The notes under the pieces were generated by a model. It was given only the letters and a program-made list of their open reading frames with translations, was not told the DNA's origin and searched no databases. A DNA stretch of 64,000 bases. Origin: Epiperipatus broadwayi. Its lineage: Eukaryota > Animalia > Onychophora. This document shows, in pieces, positions 25,134-39,345 of this stretch. How positions within the stretch are numbered: position 1 is the first letter of the stretch; every line of letters starts with the position of its first letter. The position numbers and the translations under genes were made by a program. The stretch is from assembly GCA_028023455.1 (NCBI GenBank), contig JAQFVV010000003.1, positions 29,450,001-29,514,000 on the forward strand, read 5' to 3'.

Positions 25134-25899
25134 TAGTATCTTTTTCACATGTGTGGTCATGTGTATCAGTTGCTTGCGATAGAGTGGATGAATAAAGTGA
25201 AAAATCATGAGTTCAAATACCTCTAATTACATATTTTGAGGTATATAAAATAAAACAGTGTTAATGGGTAAATATATATGCAAAATTAAGAGGTAAATGG
25301 ACAATGAAATATGGAAATGTGTATTCACAATTTCATGATCTCATTTCTTTGGCTGTGAGGATATGATATTGGTTCATATACCTTTTTGAAATAAAGCTAG
25401 TGTGACCTTACAAGCTTTTTATCCATACTCTAACATAGGTATATTAAAAAGCAAAGAAATAATATAAGCAAAAGTAATCAGATTGGATAATGAATAATAA
25501 TTCCATAGTGTAGTCACAACCTATTTATTTATTTTATTACTCAATCTCTGTGCTAGTAAATAAAATTAAATATTAAATAATTATATATATATATATTTTT
25601 GTTATAAGAAAGTAATTTTTTTATTTAAATTAATTTATAATAATAAATAAAATTTCTCAAATTTATTATGTGTAACTTAGAATAGAGTTCATAGAAAAAA
25701 AAAAAATTGTGAAAAATACAAGTTATTATTTTTTTTTATTTTGGCGTTTAAAAAAAACTTTGGGAGAAAGCTTTCTTGCTTTAAGAAACTTATATCATCA
25801 TAATTAAGGACTTTTGATCATTTCAACTAGCAAAAACTTTGTTTAATAACATTCCAGAAAATTAAGTTGATTAAAACAACAGAGCTAACTTGTAAATTA

Positions 25900-26200
25900 T
25901 CAACACAGTAGGGAAAACTATGCAATAACTGAAAATCACATTATGATGGGGTGAAAAATTCTTACTAGTGCACTAGCCAATTAAACCTGGAATTATGTAG
26001 TTTCCTGCAGATAGCAATTTTAAAAGTGTCTCATTCCAACATACAACAACTGTTGAGGATCTAAAAGTAGAATTACCTGTTGTTTTTCACATAATTTTTG
26101 TCAGCCTATTCATGATGAACACACAATCCAATCATATAACCATTCACGAAAAGTACATCAAATGAAGTTTTAAACTTTAAAAACTGTCTTACAGATAATT
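25900..26200 (-). mobile_element. Possible pogo/Tigger DDE transposase remnant
   Basis: Minus-strand FREWL....KQQVILLLD resembles the DDE_1 F..WL....LLILD segment. Short and frameshifted. Confidence 0.3.
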
Positions 26201-27409
26201 TTTAAATAAGATTTGAACCTATATTTTTAGTAAAGTGTAAAATCAGAATTCTGATGCTATGGTATGATTAATTTTTATTTAAAATAAAAGACCTTTATAA
26301 AAGAATAATAATAATATTTATAACAAATATTAAAATTGATCCTAATATTCTCTAAATAATTTTAATATTTTGTTTTCCTTTTAAATATGTATTTAAATTT
26401 TTTTTCTTAAGGAAATTTTTTTTTATTTTATGATTGCTGAAGCAAATAGAATTTAGAATTAATTTTTCATTCAATTATTAATAGTTAATACTGTATAATA
26501 ATTATTATAACTTTGATATAACTGTTTATTGATTGAATGATATTTTGCAGATCTTTATATTATTATAGTTAAATAATAATGATTATTTTATAATGGATGT
26601 AAGCATATCAGAGTTCATAAGTAAAATTCAATTTAATTAAATGAATTTTCTCCTATATGAATACATACTTGCCTAAAATATATGTATATTTTATTTTTTA
26701 TGCATGCATTGGATTCATCCCTAAGTATCATATAAGATGAGTAAATATTTAAATAAATTTTTTATTATATTTATATTAATTTAAGTCTAGTTCTCCATGT
26801 AATGCATTGCCATGTTTTTCTTTTGTGCTAGTAGTGGATAAAAAGAGGGGCCAACATCTAAGAAGTTAGGGAGGAATTTGAATCTGACCTATAGCCATTT
26901 CTTGTTTTAGAGATGGTACCCTAATCTGCAGTAGGATAGATGTTTTAAATAAATAAAGAGCAACTATAGTGGCAATGGACAGACCCTCTCTATATTTAGA
27001 TATGATGGTCAGGAACTATGGCTGTATATTCAAGTTAAAAAATTGTTGTTATTCCTAACACTCATTGTCTCCAGGGTTTAAATCCTTATACATTCTTATA
27101 AAGAATTATATAGATCTAAAAAGGGGGATAAAACCATAATTTCATCACATATATTGTACATTTGTATATATATCTATGTCCTTTTTGCAAATAATAAAAA
27201 TAAAATGTTTTGAATTATAAAATCTGGCATGTACTTTACATGTATTTCGATTAATAATCAAAATGTTCCTATTTATAATTTTTAGTAGCTTTCTAGTTCT
27301 ATCATTTTTCTATATCTAAATCATTTATTTTCTCCCATACCTTAAAAGACAATAGATTGAAAATTCAATAAATAACTTATTTTTCCCAATTATTTCTTAG
27401 AATTATTAC

Positions 27410-27564
27410 CTTTCTATTGCTTCTTCAAGAACAATGAGCAGGTGAAGATCTTTATCTCTCAAAATATCTGTAATTTTTTTTCGAGTATGATAAGTTGAAC
27501 ATGATCCTTTTTCATGTTTATCCTTTATTATATTAATTGGATAAGAATATTCCCCAGAATGTTC
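27410..27564 (-). CDS. GTF3C1: GTF3C1 coding exon 3, EHSGEYSYPINIIKDKHEKGSCSTYHTRKKITDILRDKDLHLLIVLEEAIE(R)
   Basis: 155 nt, tttgcag acceptor, GTAATA donor, phase 0 to 2. YP.....GSC....RK.IT motif as in GTF3C1. Confidence 0.92.
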
Positions 27565-27639
27565 CTGCAAACAGTAATACAAAAATAATATAATAATAAA
27601 AATAATAATAATATAAATGCTTTTATTTTATAAAGTTAC

Positions 27640-28680
27640 TTTATTGATTTGTTTAGCATATTTAGACAGCTTAATTATTAACAAAATATCATAAAGAAAC
27701 ATGTAGAGATTTCAACTAGGAGATAAATTCATTGGTGACTTTATTAAAATGTTGATTCTGCCATTGTAGCAAAGATTTGATAGATATCAACTTTGCAGTT
27801 TAAGATTTGTTTTTGTTCACATCTACATAAGCTAAGAAATGCTAAAATGCATTTACAAAGCAGATAAATTATTAATGAGATTTACATTGCATCTAGAAAA
27901 ATCAAATCTCATTGGTTTTATCGTTGGATCTAGAAAAAAATAATTTACTTGCAACCTCATAAGAATTCCATTGTTTATACCATAATTATTGATTCTTGGA
28001 TGAACACCAAAAAAAGGGCTCTTGATTTGAAACAAATCTCAGATTGTGAAACTGTCTCATGAATTACTGGTAAATCCAATCTATTTAAAAACTTTTTATA
28101 CATTTTCTGTAAAGCAATATCTTTTCTGATATGTGGTGGAGGAATATGTGAAAGAACAGGAAGCTTCTGCAAAAGACTATATCTATATGCAGTAATATTT
28201 TTCATGGTAGTACTTAATTGAGTTATCCAGAAGTTTAGGTAAGTATTAAAGAAGCTATTCCATAAAGTGCTTGTATCACAACTTTTATTTAATATATTCA
28301 TCAGTGATCTTTCAAAAACAGAATGCAGAAAATTTTATTTATGCTAAAGATATTGTTTTGACTTCACAAAAGATTTTCTTTCCTGAAGCAAAAAAAAAAA
28401 GTTTCTCCTTAGAATATAAAAAGATTGAAAATCTTTTTCAAAGAATAGTGTCTTATTCTTAATCCAAAGAAGATAATATATTTAATTGTAAATGTAAATA
28501 TCAGAGAAACAGCTACTAATCTGAATATAATTTTTACAATAATAAGACTGAAATATAACAGTACCCATACTATTGAGGAGTAATCTTTAATTGTAGCCTA
28601 ACTTATTTTCCTCATTAATTAAGTTAGATCAAAAGTTACTTTTATTTGGATCACAATAGTATTACCATAATGCAATGTGG
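27640..28680 (-). mobile_element. Ingi/Vingi-like (I group) LINE remnant with an inverted 5' segment
   Basis: Minus 27640-28268 reads QLSTTMKNIT..LPVLSHIPPPHIRK..DPTIKP.RFD. Plus 28270-28680 reads RT ..NFIYAKDIVL..LNPKK.. Confidence 0.75.
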
Positions 28681-29454
28681 AAAAAGTTTTTAAAGTCTGA
28701 TATTAATTGCAGTTCTTGTAATGATAAATTATTATTATACATGTCAAATGCATTCGTCTTAAGAGAAAATATCTAGCATCTCAGTTTTATGATCCAAACC
28801 ATGAATCTGTTCACAATAGACATACTTACCCAATGAACAATTGGAACTTAATGAAGGGACATTTTGTATCTAAAGTAAATGGAAGAAAGTTCTACTAAGA
28901 TTACACTTTGTTCTAAATTCACACGAATATTGACAAATTACTGTAAAGAATACTGAGCAAAGGTTTAAATAATGAATCTGCAGAACTCTTCTGCCTTCAA
29001 TAATGAATTTATGAATTTGTGAGTTAAAGATAAATCAATAAAATAGATAAAATTACTCTTAAAAACCAAAGCCACAAATTTAGAACCACAATGGTATTAA
29101 TAAAAATATTAAATAAAAATGTAATTTGTTTAATAATAAATTTGTACAATAAAAATTGTCTTGGTTTAGATAATTCATAAAACTCTTAGGTCTTTGTAAA
29201 GTATGCTTTTCCATAAAAATAATTGCAAAGTTTAGACATCAAAAATACTTTAAATTTATCTTTTGATTAGTAAAAAAAAAGCATTAACTGATTAACATTA
29301 AAGTATTTATAATGAGTCTTACAATATTCACTTTATATAGCTATGGATTTTCCTGGACATCTACCTGCCTAATCAATATTACAGAATAATAAATTTCTTT
29401 TATTTTTATGTTAACATTATTTTCCCCCAATTAATAAAGAATAATAAATCCTTA

Positions 29455-29545
29455 CTTATCTTAAAAAAATTCCAGGCTCACCCAAATTTGAAACTGGGAT
29501 TTATGAGCAAAGCAAGCTAATTCAACAATTGTTATATTATAAAGC
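29455..29545 (-). mobile_element. Degenerate tRNA-derived SINE head
   Basis: Minus strand resembles A/B-box spacing (..cccagtttcaaatttgggtgagcc). Loosely similar to 41585-41680. Confidence 0.3.
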
Positions 29546-32500
29546 CTTTTTTTTTGCATGTAAAATCTTGTAGCTTTGTGATTTGAATACTGGTTATTCA
29601 AAATTAAAATGATTCACTTATAAAAGGACTTTTAAGTAATATGATTAGTATCCTATTATTTGTGAATCATTTGACAAAAAATAATTAACAGTTTAATTAA
29701 TACTTTGTTTATGAAAAACTCTGAAAAAAATCAATAAGTTATGTCTATGGCATATAATTCAAATATTAAAAAAAATGAATGAAATATCTCAGATATATAT
29801 ATTGTATCATCCTGATTTAGACTTAAGATAGGCATTATCATATATAAAAAAAATTGTCATGACTTTGTATGTTAGTAGATGTTTATCATCAAGTGATGTT
29901 TATCTTAATTTTTAAATAATTCACAATCTATTTTCCTTATTTGTAGAGTAAAACGATAAGGAAATTTACTGCATTAAACTTAGTATCTTATTATAAAGCT
30001 ATTTATAAATTTAAAGACATATACGTTTAATAAAACTTACAGTAATGTTTTGTCTATTTGCACATTTCAAAGACAATAAGCTTAAGTAAATAACAATTTA
30101 CATTTTCATATGTGTATATATATGCATGTATAATTATTGTACAAATACAAGATTATCATATAAATTTTAAACTGCAAATTTAGGATATATTTAAAAATAT
30201 AAAATGTAATAATCTTTTTGTGAAACAAGTGAATGTATTTTTAATTTTAAAGAAGAAATTAAAAGTCACTGTTATTATTTTATTTTAAAATGCTTTTGTT
30301 ATTATTTTGCTTTAAAATATTCTTGGTTTAAATTAAAAGAAGACATTTTGTTTGAGATGGTAGTTTGTAGAACTCTAATAAAAGGAAATATTATATATAT
30401 AAAAGATGAATTAGTTACACATTAACAACGGATTTAATATAGGACTCTCTCTTACTTATTTGCCATATATATAATGTATATTGACCACTTCAGTTAATAC
30501 TGCTTTTTCACTGTAAATATTTTTTTTTTTAAAAAGTGATATATATATATTTCAAAAATGTATTATATGAATAACAATATGAATACCTAAACAGGAAATT
30601 TGGCATTTAATTCAAAACGAACAGATCTTCTGAGAGGTATTTAAATAACTAAAATGGAATTTATTTAAGAGCATTCTTTTTGAAAAATCTAAAATGATTA
30701 TTTAATATCATGTAAATTTATATATATTGCAACCATTTGATATGCCACCTTTTTTTTTAAAACATTTTAACAGTGCATTAGATGATAGTTAGCCATTTAA
30801 AAAAAATAAAAGTAATAACTAGAGATGTAAAACTACATTATTTAATCTGTAGATAAAATGGTATCACCTAATAGACAATATTTCATATATTTAGATTTAT
30901 CATTTATACTTCAGTTAATTATCAAAATGATTCAATAGTATTTAGTTATTCATTCTTTAGGTTTATTATTAAAATAAGCTTGTCTTAAATAAAATTAGTT
31001 TCATACTCTTATGTGTGTGTGCATGCATGGATTTACATGATGATTTTTAAATCTTTAATTTTATTCATTAAAATATTCAATTTATTTATTAACTTTTAAA
31101 AATAAAATATGTAATAAAACTTGGCAAGTAGAAAAAATTATATTTATTATTTTAAATTTCTGGTACGAATAACCCAAATGAAACAAAAATGTTATTGGAT
31201 TTAAAATATAAGAATCATTAACTTATTATATTTGTTTGTTGTTTATTATTTTTTTTAAAAAAAACTTAATTCAAGTTAATTAGCTGATTTGTTATTAACC
31301 TTGAAATTGAAACGCAGAACACTGACACGTGGTGTTTTTTTTTGATAATGAAGAAAACTGAGAAAAAGAGCGGGGAACCAATTTTTTTTTTTAATTTTCA
31401 TCACAGACTGTTCTGGAAGGAAAGAAAAAAAACAGTGTAATTTTTCTTATTTGCATTTATTTAAAACCAGTGTAAACTATATTTTTCTTTGAAAGTCTTC
31501 ATATAGAATGGATTGCTGAAGGCCAAATTGAAGTATCTTAAGTTTTTATGCTTTCTTTAAACTAAACTATCTAAATTTCATTATAATATTATGTGCCAAT
31601 ATAACACCTCTTATTTATTATTCAACTTCAAAAATTTTCAACAAGTGAAAATGTGGCTCTTTACTAAGAGGATCATATGGAATATTATAAATAATCATTT
31701 TATGATAATAAAACATATTCTTTGTGGTAGCAAATTTAAAACCAAGTTTAAAAAAAAAAAAAATTAAGAGCTGTTCAAACTAAAATAATTTGAACAAATA
31801 TTTCAGTAATTAACTTTTAAAACAAACAAATGTCTAAATGATTTAAAAAAAAAAAAATCATACAAATTTAATACTGCTTTCTGAAAGTCAAATTTTATTA
31901 ATGAAAATGGACATATCATTTTATTTTATGGCGGAAATGTTCATTGATCGTCTGCGTTTTGCAGAAAGAATGAAAAACTTTTTTAAAAAAAAATATTTTC
32001 CAGTGAAACCGCGGATAGTTACTAAAATTCAACATTTAATAATAATTGTACACAATTAAGTGTCATATTTTAAAACTAGCTAGTTTATATTAAATTGTGT
32101 CTTTCTATAATGGATCCATACCTGTTTATATTCAAGGTAAAATATCGTATTCATGTACTTGTCTTCTATCATAGTGAAGTTGTAGCTGCTTTATTATCTT
32201 TTTAAAATATATATGTTTGAAAAATGTGAATGCGTCAATATTATGCATAAGCTAACAACGTGGGACCTCGCACCTAGTTTGCCTACTGCTAAGGAAGTTT
32301 TATTAATGAACTGAATTTATCATTATTATTATTTTTATTTTGTTTAAAAAAAAAAAAAAATGGTAACATAATAGTTATATATTTTTATGCTTTATTTTAT
32401 ATGTCAAGATATTTTACTTTATTATCTGAAACTGTCTCAAGGAGTTTGCAATAAAGTGTGTAGATATTTTTATTACACACAAGTACACTTAAATATATTA

Positions 32501-32699
32501 GTGAAGTGTTTAATTTAAAGTTGCCTATTCTTGAGTAATTTAGGACAAACAATCATTACATGTGTGTTTATCAGAAGTTTAATATTTTTTTTAATATCAT
32601 TCGTAACAGAAATTAGATTTTGAATTTGTCTGAGAACAAATTTATTTCATTAACCATTTAATTAATATTTATTACATTAGACTGACCATCTAATTTCAT

Positions 32700-33720
32700 A
32701 TATATTTATTATGCTCATTGTTTGTGTACGTATTCATTATCTTATGCAAATATTTCCTATGCTCTTTTAATGTGTTTATAGTCGTTTTGACTAATACTTT
32801 CTTGTGGCTTTCGGATATTGCTTAATGTGTGGATTTTAATGTTGATACAAGCTATTAATTTTTATTATTAGGGATAAATTTGTATCTTGCCATTGTGAGA
32901 AGTAGTTATGCTTTATAGCTCTAGATTTATCAGATAGTATACTATTTATGATGTTTGTGGGATGGAGATGCTCTCCCATTATTATATGTATTTGCCATAA
33001 GAGGACAATGTTTTTCAAGATATTTTCATATATAGCTTATTTAGACAGATTCTATGGAGAGGATCATTTGTCTTTGGTGTGTTTCCCCTTTTTTCTTAGG
33101 TGATGAGACGGTGTCCATACATACACGTATGCTTGAGAGATAAGCATGGGAGCCACCATTATTACAGTCATGTTGTCTTGCTCTGAAGAGCTTATTTAGT
33201 GATGTTATCCCTCATGTGCTATTTGAAAGATTAGATTGTCCACCATAGAAGGTGTAGGCTATTGTATTTATAAAAGTTATGGCGATGATAGCTAGTTGTT
33301 GAGGTAGTAATTGTCAGTGCTTTGGTTGATCATAATAATATCCGTATTGTGCTACTGTGCTTTGCCAGTAGTATACAAGTAAATCCACAAGATTTAATAA
33401 TTTAATTCTTCAGTTTAAAGCATAGCATGATGGGAATACACAGACACAATGCTATTTATATATGTCATATGGAGATATTCGTGAGGGGTTTTGTAAGTTT
33501 CATAAAATTTATAAATTTAATATGGATTATGTGGACATTAAATAAATTAACTATCAAGGTATGTATGACTTCTGATGAATGCTTTTTATTTACCATTTGG
33601 TTTTAAGATTAACATAGTGTGAGGCAATAATCAGTTGTAATGTGATGATGAGTTATCATTATCATATTAGCCAGCTAATTTAGAAGCAGCAATAGGTTAT
33701 ATTGAAGTTAATTTTACATT
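32700..33720 (-). mobile_element. I/Nimb-like LINE remnant (post-RT region plus RNase H)
   Basis: Minus-strand AFIRSH.., ALCLC.., and ILSDKSRAIKHN resembling the RNase H ILSDSLSAL motif. Confidence 0.5.
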
Positions 33721-35977
33721 TTTATTATAATTATTTTAATAGTGAGATATCATAAATGAGTGCTTGACTATAAAATATGTGGAAAATGTTAATTAGCATA
33801 TGGTGCAAGCTAGCCAACCATTATAATTATTATCTTCAATTGCATTAAATGTTGGTTTAATGCCTTGTTTTAGCTAGAATAAATTGTGATATTTCAAATA
33901 AATATTCTAGCAGGTAATCATAATAGTTTATGGGTCTAAATTTTATTTTGCAATTTTAAAACTAGGCAACCAAGAAGCAATAGTCTTGGCATAAAATTAA
34001 TTTATAATTATTAACTCCTCAGAATTAAATGTAAAAATATATCCAGTAGCTATGATGTCCAAACTGTCATTGTATTAGTGTGTTTTGTAAATAATTGTTT
34101 TTTTTTTTTAATGTTTAGATGTAATAAATGTATTTTTGGTAAATTATTAAAATTTGGTTTTTAAGTATTTTTTCTGTATGAAATTATTTTCTTTGATTCC
34201 ACAAATCCACAAAGTAAAATAAAATTATATTTTCAAATCAGATAATTACTATTCTTATGATCCAAAATCACTAGTATGTGACAAGAAACATGATATAAAC
34301 TTTTCTTTTCCAATTAAAATTTCCAAATGAATAATTGTTCATTTAAATATTGCAATGGATGTATCCATCTATAAATCAGACTGCACATTACTGACCTATT
34401 ATCAAAATTCAAATGTTGTAAATTAAGTATTTTATCAGTGTTGTTTGGGATAAAAGAGGGAAATGAAATGATCTCTTTTCCTTCTATTATTTCAATGCCA
34501 TTTTAGGTAAAAGGCTATAAGTATTCTAAATTTTATTATTATTATTCTAGACATGTGTTGATTAAAATAAACATTTCTTTTTGGTAATCTAAATGATTAT
34601 TATTATGATCTTAATAGGATACATTAGCTTATTAGAAAGTGTATGTTCCTAAAGCCTTCTAGGATGTCAGTCATTTACCTTGCAACTGTTTATTTGATAA
34701 AATACTAAAAATAAAACCCTGAGATCTTTATTTTGCATCATAATGAAAAATTCATTGTGGTCCGATCATATCAGTAGATAATGTTAAATTATATAACAGA
34801 GTTTGTTAATCATAAGAGTCTATTAGAGAATATACGTTTTGAAGGTGCAACTATTTATAGCTCAGAGTTTGATTGGGATAAAGGTCGAGATTTAATTTAT
34901 TCTAAATTATTTATTAAGGAATGATTGAAGTTTTATCTCTTCACAAAATTATATGTTTTATTTGGAGTAATTTATTCTATCAGAGTTAAGCTCTTCCTTT
35001 ATCTTAATTGTATATCTCTATAGCTAATTCTTTTATATGTAACCAACCACTGAGCTTAGTCCACTTTATAATCCTTATTGTTATCTGTAAGAGTCTCAAC
35101 TCAACCCTAGGATTGTGTAAAAGATGTCTTATCCAAACAATTAGAACTTATTAGAGTTTTATTTGAGATATTTCTATAAGTTAGAAAGAGGGTCTCAACT
35201 TAGAGAATGACTTATTATACAAAATGATTAGTAGCTTCTTTTATTTAGGTTGGAATATATATATATGTCTGGGTGTGTGTGCCAATAAATCAATAACTTA
35301 CCAAGAATTAAAATAAAATAATAATGATTTATCAAATGGAATAATTATAAGTTTTAAAAAAAAATGCTGGAAATGTTTAATTATGTGGATTAATATATTA
35401 AGCATCTATATATTTATATGCCAACCAAGAATATAAAATTTTTGCTAAAGATTATAATGTTAAATGGGATAATTATCATTTTAAAAGGGATGATACTTAT
35501 CAACATCAATTAATGTGAAATCTTGCCAGGAGTTATTAATAATTAGTTTGTCAAATAAAACTATGGATACTTTTAAAATAAATGAGCTTTTGGAATTGTT
35601 ATTTTTAAAATAGCATCACTTTATGAATTTTCTTTGGAACTTTCTCCATGCAAGCTTTAAAAAAAAAAAAGCGATTTAAAGACTGGAGAGTTCTTTGTGA
35701 TAAATACTGATCACTATTGTTGCAGGTTATATATTTTATTTATGTAATTATATTTGTTTTAATATTGCTTTTGTTTAAAAAGGTTATTTAATGTATATAT
35801 GTGTGAGAGTGAACATATAAATATATAAATTATCCAAAAAAAATTTTTTGAGAGATAACTTTATCTTTCCATTTAAACCATCATAATAGATTTTATTTAA
35901 TAATTTGTTTTGTTTGCTGATAAATGCTCAGTAAACAAACAATAACAAATTAATATTTTCTCTTGTATGTTTTATAT

Positions 35978-37689
35978 TGTACCGATATCTTAGCTGTACA
36001 TATAATTTTTGTCTAAAAATTATTGAAATAAACAAGTTCATAAACAACGTAAAATTTAAAATTGATAATGAATAATAAAATCAATTTGTTGTTGTAAATA
36101 CTTGAATTATAAACAAAGAAAAATATTCCGTTTGAAATAAATAAATTTGTCAAAATTTAAAGAGTTATTATTAGTAAAAGTACAATTAATTAGTTAAAAG
36201 GGGGGAGAGGGTTTGCTTTAGAAACGTCATAACTAAAAGTCTAAAGATTGGCTGAAAGGGGGAGGAGAATTAACTTAAAAATTTTAAAGAGTAAATAAGA
36301 ATTAAAATATGACAGTTCAAGAATAAATCTTTTTTTCGAGTAATTAAAGGTACTTTTTCTCTTCGTTTAAAATATTAAAGAGAAAAAAAAAGGGAAAGAC
36401 AAGTTGAAACTAAAAGCTTAAAATATAAATCTTTTATATAAATTAAAAATATCTCTTGTTTATAATGAATCGATTTTAGAAATATATATGTGAGTAAATA
36501 ACGAATGATAAATGTGTGCGCGTTGATAAAATGAAATAAGAAAGTTAAAAAATTAAAAAACAAATTTGCAATGGTTACCAACTGACAATAAGATTAAAAT
36601 CTTATCAAAGGAAAGCAATCAAAAACAGTGGAAGAATTTTAACAACAGATATAGCTGGCGTACATAAAACCAATTAACAAAGTGACAACAGGTCATCACA
36701 TAAATAGTTCAGTTTTTCATCGATCAAGAAGTTGAGTTCGCAATCAGTTGAGTTCAGTTGAATTGTTCAGTTCAGTTACTCAATCAGTTCTCAGTCAGTC
36801 TTCTCATGCATTTGTTAATAAAGGCCATGCAGTGCTAACAGCCACTGGAATCTTATGACTTTTCTCCAACCTGAGTCCGATGGAAACAGCCAATTTGCCT
36901 GGAAAAAGTGATGCATGCCTAACAACTTAAAAACCCGCTAGGGATATCGAACTGTCTTAAAGAATAATGCCATGAAATAGTAAGCATTAAACCTCTGCAA
37001 AAACCTCAAATCCAACCAGTTGTAAAGATTTTCACGTGAAGCAACAACCAGCAAGAAGCCAATGTTCAAATCCTATAGATAATGAGTGACTTTTATTATT
37101 TCCATTTCTGATATTAAAGTAGCTATTGCAATAATTTTAAGCATCCCAGAGTCAGTTAATAAATGAACTCTATAACCGTATATAATGAACTATTGATGTG
37201 CATGTTTTTAAATGCCATGTATTTATTATTCAATCCTTTTGTTATATTCTACTTTAGTGTATGAATTCAGAGTGTGTGCGTGGTCATTATATATAAAAAT
37301 ACCATTGATTATGTTAGTTAAGATTTATAAAGGTAATTAAAATTAGAATAATAAATATTTAGTTAAAATAAATTATCTTTAAATGTAATGCTTGTCGATC
37401 AATTCTTTACCACTAATTAAAGCAATAATGTATTAGATTATTCTTTTGATTGAGCTAGTCATGCGATATTTCAAGCACTGGATTATGGGCCTACTGTTAT
37501 GCATTGCATAGCTCGGTCTGATCGTGGGTATCATTGATAGTTCAGCTATCGATGGTATTCTCCCCTCTGCTCAAAGGGCCGGTCCATTCACGTAATATTT
37601 ATAATATAAAATTATGATGAATAAGGTTTAAACTAGTTAAACCTAGCAAATAGAGTACTCCGGATCATCTTCCAAACGCACCTGGTACA
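35978..37689 (+). mobile_element. Solo LTR A (1712 bp), Gypsy-type
   Basis: Termini TGTACC...GGTACA with ATAT TSD on both sides (35974-35977, 37690-37693). CATAAATAG at 36699 is followed by clustered TCAGTT. Homologous along its length to the reverse complement of 56116-58084. Confidence 0.85.
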
Positions 37690-38299
37690 ATATATATATT
37701 GCCTATTGGAGAGAACAAATAAATGTTTTCTTTATAGTTCTTTTAATAATGTACAATGTCTTTGCACCATCTTATAGTTCAAACAGGTATAATATTTTAT
37801 AACACATAGATTAAATTATTAAAGTGGTAGTTGTAAATTATACATTTTGTAAATAAAATTATTGTTATTTATTAAATTTGAATTAATAGTTTTATTTAAA
37901 TAGATATATGATATAGTAATAATTTAGAGTCTCATTGCAATATCAATTTTATTACTGTATTAGCATTCAGTAATTATTAAAAGTGAATTTAATGTTTTAT
38001 GAACATCAATTGGTAAGATTCAAATATAAAAAGCTACCCAATAAATTATTTATAAATTTTTTTTACATAATCTTCAAGCTTCAATATGTTCATTCATTCT
38101 GGAATATAGTATAAATTTAGCACATAGTAATAAAAGGGTCATAAAATTCAAATACATTATTTTATATTGCTTAGACAATACTGGCAACCCATCAGGTTGA
38201 TATTCATTTACTATATAGATATTATTCATAAATTTCAACTTCATTCAATATAGATTTTGAATTATTTTGTTGGTAGAGTTTAAATAAAATTGTTACTTA

Positions 38300-38760
38300 A
38301 ATTTATATCATTATAGATTTGGTTACTTAATTTATACAACACTATTACTTTTAGCTAGCCGATTACATTATTCCAGATTTGGTATAAGTACAATTAATAC
38401 ATTATAGATTATAATTTTATACAACTCATAGAGCATATAAAGTAAATAGTCCCATTTGATCAATTTATTCTATTACAGATTTTAGTATTCATACATATCA
38501 GTATTTTATTGTAATAAAAGATTAATTAAATCTTTCCTCATTTTGTACTGTTACAGATTTAGCTTGCTCAAAGGCTTGGGGCATTAGCAAGAAGAATTCC
38601 CATACTCTCATTTTTATACCAGTACAAATTTTGGCATTCACAGATACAGCATATAGAGTCTCTTTTTCTCTTATTCATTTTTCTTCTGTTACAGATTTGG
38701 CACTTCAACTGCTGGACCATAACAAAGCCTCTCTCATCACTTTCATTTTTCTTCTGTTAC
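38300..38760 (+). repeat. Degenerate ~65-75 bp tandem repeat with a recurring TTACAGATTT(T)G motif
   Basis: Motif variants at ~38312, 38372, 38474, 38552, 38688, 38757. Later units carry CATTTTTCTTCTGTTACAG. Confidence 0.6.
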
Positions 38761-39279
38761 AATATATATTATAAATATCCAAAATATACAGTGAGACTGC
38801 TATATTAACTATCTCAAAATCCGATTTATTTATCCACAATTCGAAAAAAATATAAAATTAAAAATTGTAAAAAAAAAATCATTTCAATTTTTAATTCATA
38901 TTCTGAATTCAAAAATATCAGTCTACAAAAAATACATGGTTATTTATTATAAAACAATTGTGTGGTTCAATTACTTGTAATAATTTAATATTTTATATGA
39001 TCATATTCTTTAACATTTTATCATCATCAATTTTCTTCATAAGAAAAGTGAAAAAAAAGTTTAGTACTTTATTTTTTTGATAATTATTTTATTGATATTT
39101 TAATGTTATATTACATTAAAACACTTCTTCATATATCAATCATATTTTCGTTTAAAATTTGAACCAATTTTTATTAGATAAAATTCTGTCTATTTATCAA
39201 AACAGGCAAAACTCTCCATACAGAGTAATCAATAGATGGAAGGTTTGTGCATAAAATCCCTACCCAGAGCCTACTCATC

Positions 39280-39345
39280 CAATATCCTCAGACTATTTTC
39301 TAGCTTGTGACTTTCATCAGTACAGAACTTTGGATCCGAGAGCAT
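39280..39345 (-). ncRNA. Type I hammerhead ribozyme, degenerate F2 copy
   Basis: Minus strand CTGATGA-AAGTCACAAGCTA-GAAA-ATAGTC-TGAGGATATTG. Stem III has a mismatch and stem I carries a ~17-nt insertion. Confidence 0.65.

Larger units (their letters stand above)
24373..25235 (+). mobile_element. Two direct copies (505 bp apart) of a hammerhead-bearing repeat, family F1
   Basis: ~350-bp segments 24373-24730 and 24877-25235 align by eye. Each contains CTGATGA...GAAA. A third copy lies at 40.8-41.1 kb. Confidence 0.8.

Noticed and set aside
31300-32050. CpG-containing patch with CACGTG and ATGGCGGAA motifs as an enhancer
   Set aside because: Short motifs only; cannot be distinguished from chance or TE debris without conservation data.
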